A stretch of 63,967 nt of DNA, filler included, from Polymyxa betae A26-41 (Eukaryota; Protista; Endomyxa: Phytomyxea): assembly GCA_003693705.1 (NCBI GenBank). It is 9 parts of 9 records of this genome, joined end to end, with 100 filler letters (N's around TTAATTAATTAA, not from the genome) between each part and the next. Parts side by side here need not be neighbours in the genome. Positions count along the whole stretch, not along the records: positions 59,695 to 63,967 come from RBZT01000411.1; 8 more parts are not named here. One strand, 5' to 3'. The notes beneath the pieces were generated by a model that made no database searches, had not been told where the DNA came from, and saw nothing but the letters and a program-made list of their open reading frames with translations. Every line of letters starts with the position of its first letter. Positions within the stretch are counted from its first letter, which is position 1. A program made the translations under genes and the position numbers. Shown here one piece after another: positions 62,011-63,967 of this stretch.

Positions 62011-63967
62011 ATGAAGTTGAAAAAAACCAAGAGCGGCGAACAAAAACGTTGCTTTTGCATATCACACAGATGCAGAGGCAAAGTCAGACACCCGATAACA
62101 TATCGAAAGCATCAGATCGATGATGTTCTGTTGCTCGAAAATCAGCAAGACGACAATCACCCTATCGCCGATGGTGAGCAAATGTTGAAATTATTTCCGG
62201 ATCTGAAATTACACATCTTTCACAGTTGAGATTAACGAAGAGGATAGCAGTATCAGCGACGCAGAGCTCCCAAAAATAACATTTGAAAGCAACGAGCTCA
62301 GCCCCACAGGAAGTGTCAGATTTGAAGGTCAGTTTCCTACTATGGTTGAAACACCTACTAACCACACGAAAAGACGATTCAATTGCAAGCCAAACACTAG
62401 CAAATGATCAATCTGCCGATGAAAACAACGATAGCAGTGACTCCGCCGAGATGGTTTCGATTGCAACTGATGTAACAAAGTCAGACTCGTCTTCAACGGA
62501 TTATGAAAGAGATCCTGTTGATCAAGAGCGACATATTGATCCAATGGAGGACTCAATGTTCAAGTTTGAGCGTGATATTCTGAAAACCATGAACGATGCA
62601 AGAGCAATGTTACAAGCCCTACCTTGCATACAAGAGAATCAAATGAGAGAGCTTGGAATCGATAACCTTGCCCATTTGCTGAAGATCAAACAGAAAATTA
62701 TGCAATTTGCGGACCAGCGTTTCCGTTCGAGTATCAATAGCAAATGCTTTGATGAACTCATTGGCATGTACCTTCAAGAGATTTCAACTCGACCAGACCA
62801 TGATTCCGGTGATCCCGTTAAAGTTTATGAGCGGTTTCCCGAAAACTGGAATCAGGCCAAAGAAACCATTCTCAGAGACATTTTCTTATCATTCAAGCCC
62901 ATTGCCCTGGAGTCATGTCCTAATGGACATTGTATCTTTGTGCTTGAGCTAGAGATGAACAAGAATGTCCCGTTTGTAACAGCTCAAGAAAGCATGCTAA
63001 ATCCTTTTTATATTGGCCCTTATCCTACGATATTCAGGTAAGGGAATTATTACTTTCGATTAGTCAGTTGCTGTCTGAATACATCATGCAGATTCGTTTT
63101 GCTTATCTTTCAATGGCGAGCTTATTCTGGGAGGGGTTTGAAAAAATCACAGAACTGGTCCGAAGACATGAAGCTACCAATTGTAAGGAAGATGTAATGA
63201 CCGATTGGATGCAAGGCGACCTCTTCTATGATGTATATGCTCCTTTCCACCTTTCTCATGATGTTCAAAACACGGAGCAATCAGGTAACTTGGAATATAT
63301 ATCGTTCTGTGATAAGTATTCTAATCAGTCTACAGATGTCGCATCCATGATTGTCGCCTTATCACATTGTTACGAAGGTGCCAGAATCCACAACAGTTCT
63401 AAAATTTCGGTATGGCCTCATTTGTTGTCATATTTGACGTTGCCACCAACAGCAAAATGTAAACCATCATCTGTCGTGATGACTTCATGCTCCTACTTTT
63501 CAAGTCAAGCCTTTTTCACTTTGGTCGCACACGAAGTGAATATGATCAATCGAAACGGGCTATATATCTTCGATTCGTCACGGTCAGCTTTGACTAAGGT
63601 ATTGTGAAAGCATTTTTTTGTTCTGTCAGTTGGCATGAACGCAGGTAAAAATGGTATTGATGAGCAGCATGGCCGATCTGCCAGCTTGGGCGAAAGCGTC
63701 CAGAAAAGCAGGATCTTCAAGTATAAATGGGGCATGCATCTGCAAAATTCAGGGTGTCAGATGTTGTCGGCGAACATGTCGACTTAGTTCATACCGGTTT
63801 CTACCGAAAACCCATCCGATTCGAAAAAAAGTTACTGTTCCCAGTAAAATAGGATTGAGTCGAAAAAGTTCAGCACCAGAGTTCTTTACACTAGAAGAAA
63901 TGCGCTCCATAGGTGATTGATTATGGCTTTTGTTTCCTGCTAATCTTACAATCATATTCAGGGACTG
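62011..63967 (+). mobile_element. CACTA/EnSpm (CMC) transposase (TnpD-like), disrupted, continues past window end
   Basis: RCFC..RCRG; FPENWNQAK...SCPNGHCIF; MTDWMQG; EGARIHNSSKISVWP...LTLPP; ADLPAWAK...GACICKIQG...YRFLPKTHPIR. The first catalytic D position reads E. Confidence 0.8.

Overview
This is eukaryotic genomic DNA, not prokaryotic: it has short spliceosomal introns and the standard genetic code. The compact gene packing, ~45-110 bp introns and transposable element (TE) repertoire suggest a plasmodiophorid-like protist; that is inference and unverified. The window is a concatenation of 9 contigs joined by an artificial 100-bp linker (44 N + TTAATTAATTAA + 44 N), so adjacency across linkers means nothing. 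Contig 1 (1-24947) is gene-dense: MLH3 (3' part), a Qa syntaxin, GTP cyclohydrolase I, CTU2, MZM1/LYRM7, MSH2, a SWSAP1-like RAD51 paralogue, an O-fucosyltransferase, an orphan membrane protein, SYS1 and REV3, plus a cluster of three MITEs. The other contigs are mostly accessory. They hold Helitron, Copia, chromodomain Gypsy, Crypton, intron-containing pogo, LINE, Tc1-like and CACTA elements, a UBA2 gene, and several effector-like genes. The effector-like genes are a REase-fold ORF, a secreted two-repeat CxNDGNDC peptide precursor, and an island with F-box/secreted F-box-like genes and a KP4-like small secreted protein. The best leads are this effector island (52548-59594), the repeat-peptide precursor and the four DNA-repair genes on contig 1. 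All family assignments come from motif recognition by eye; no searches were run.
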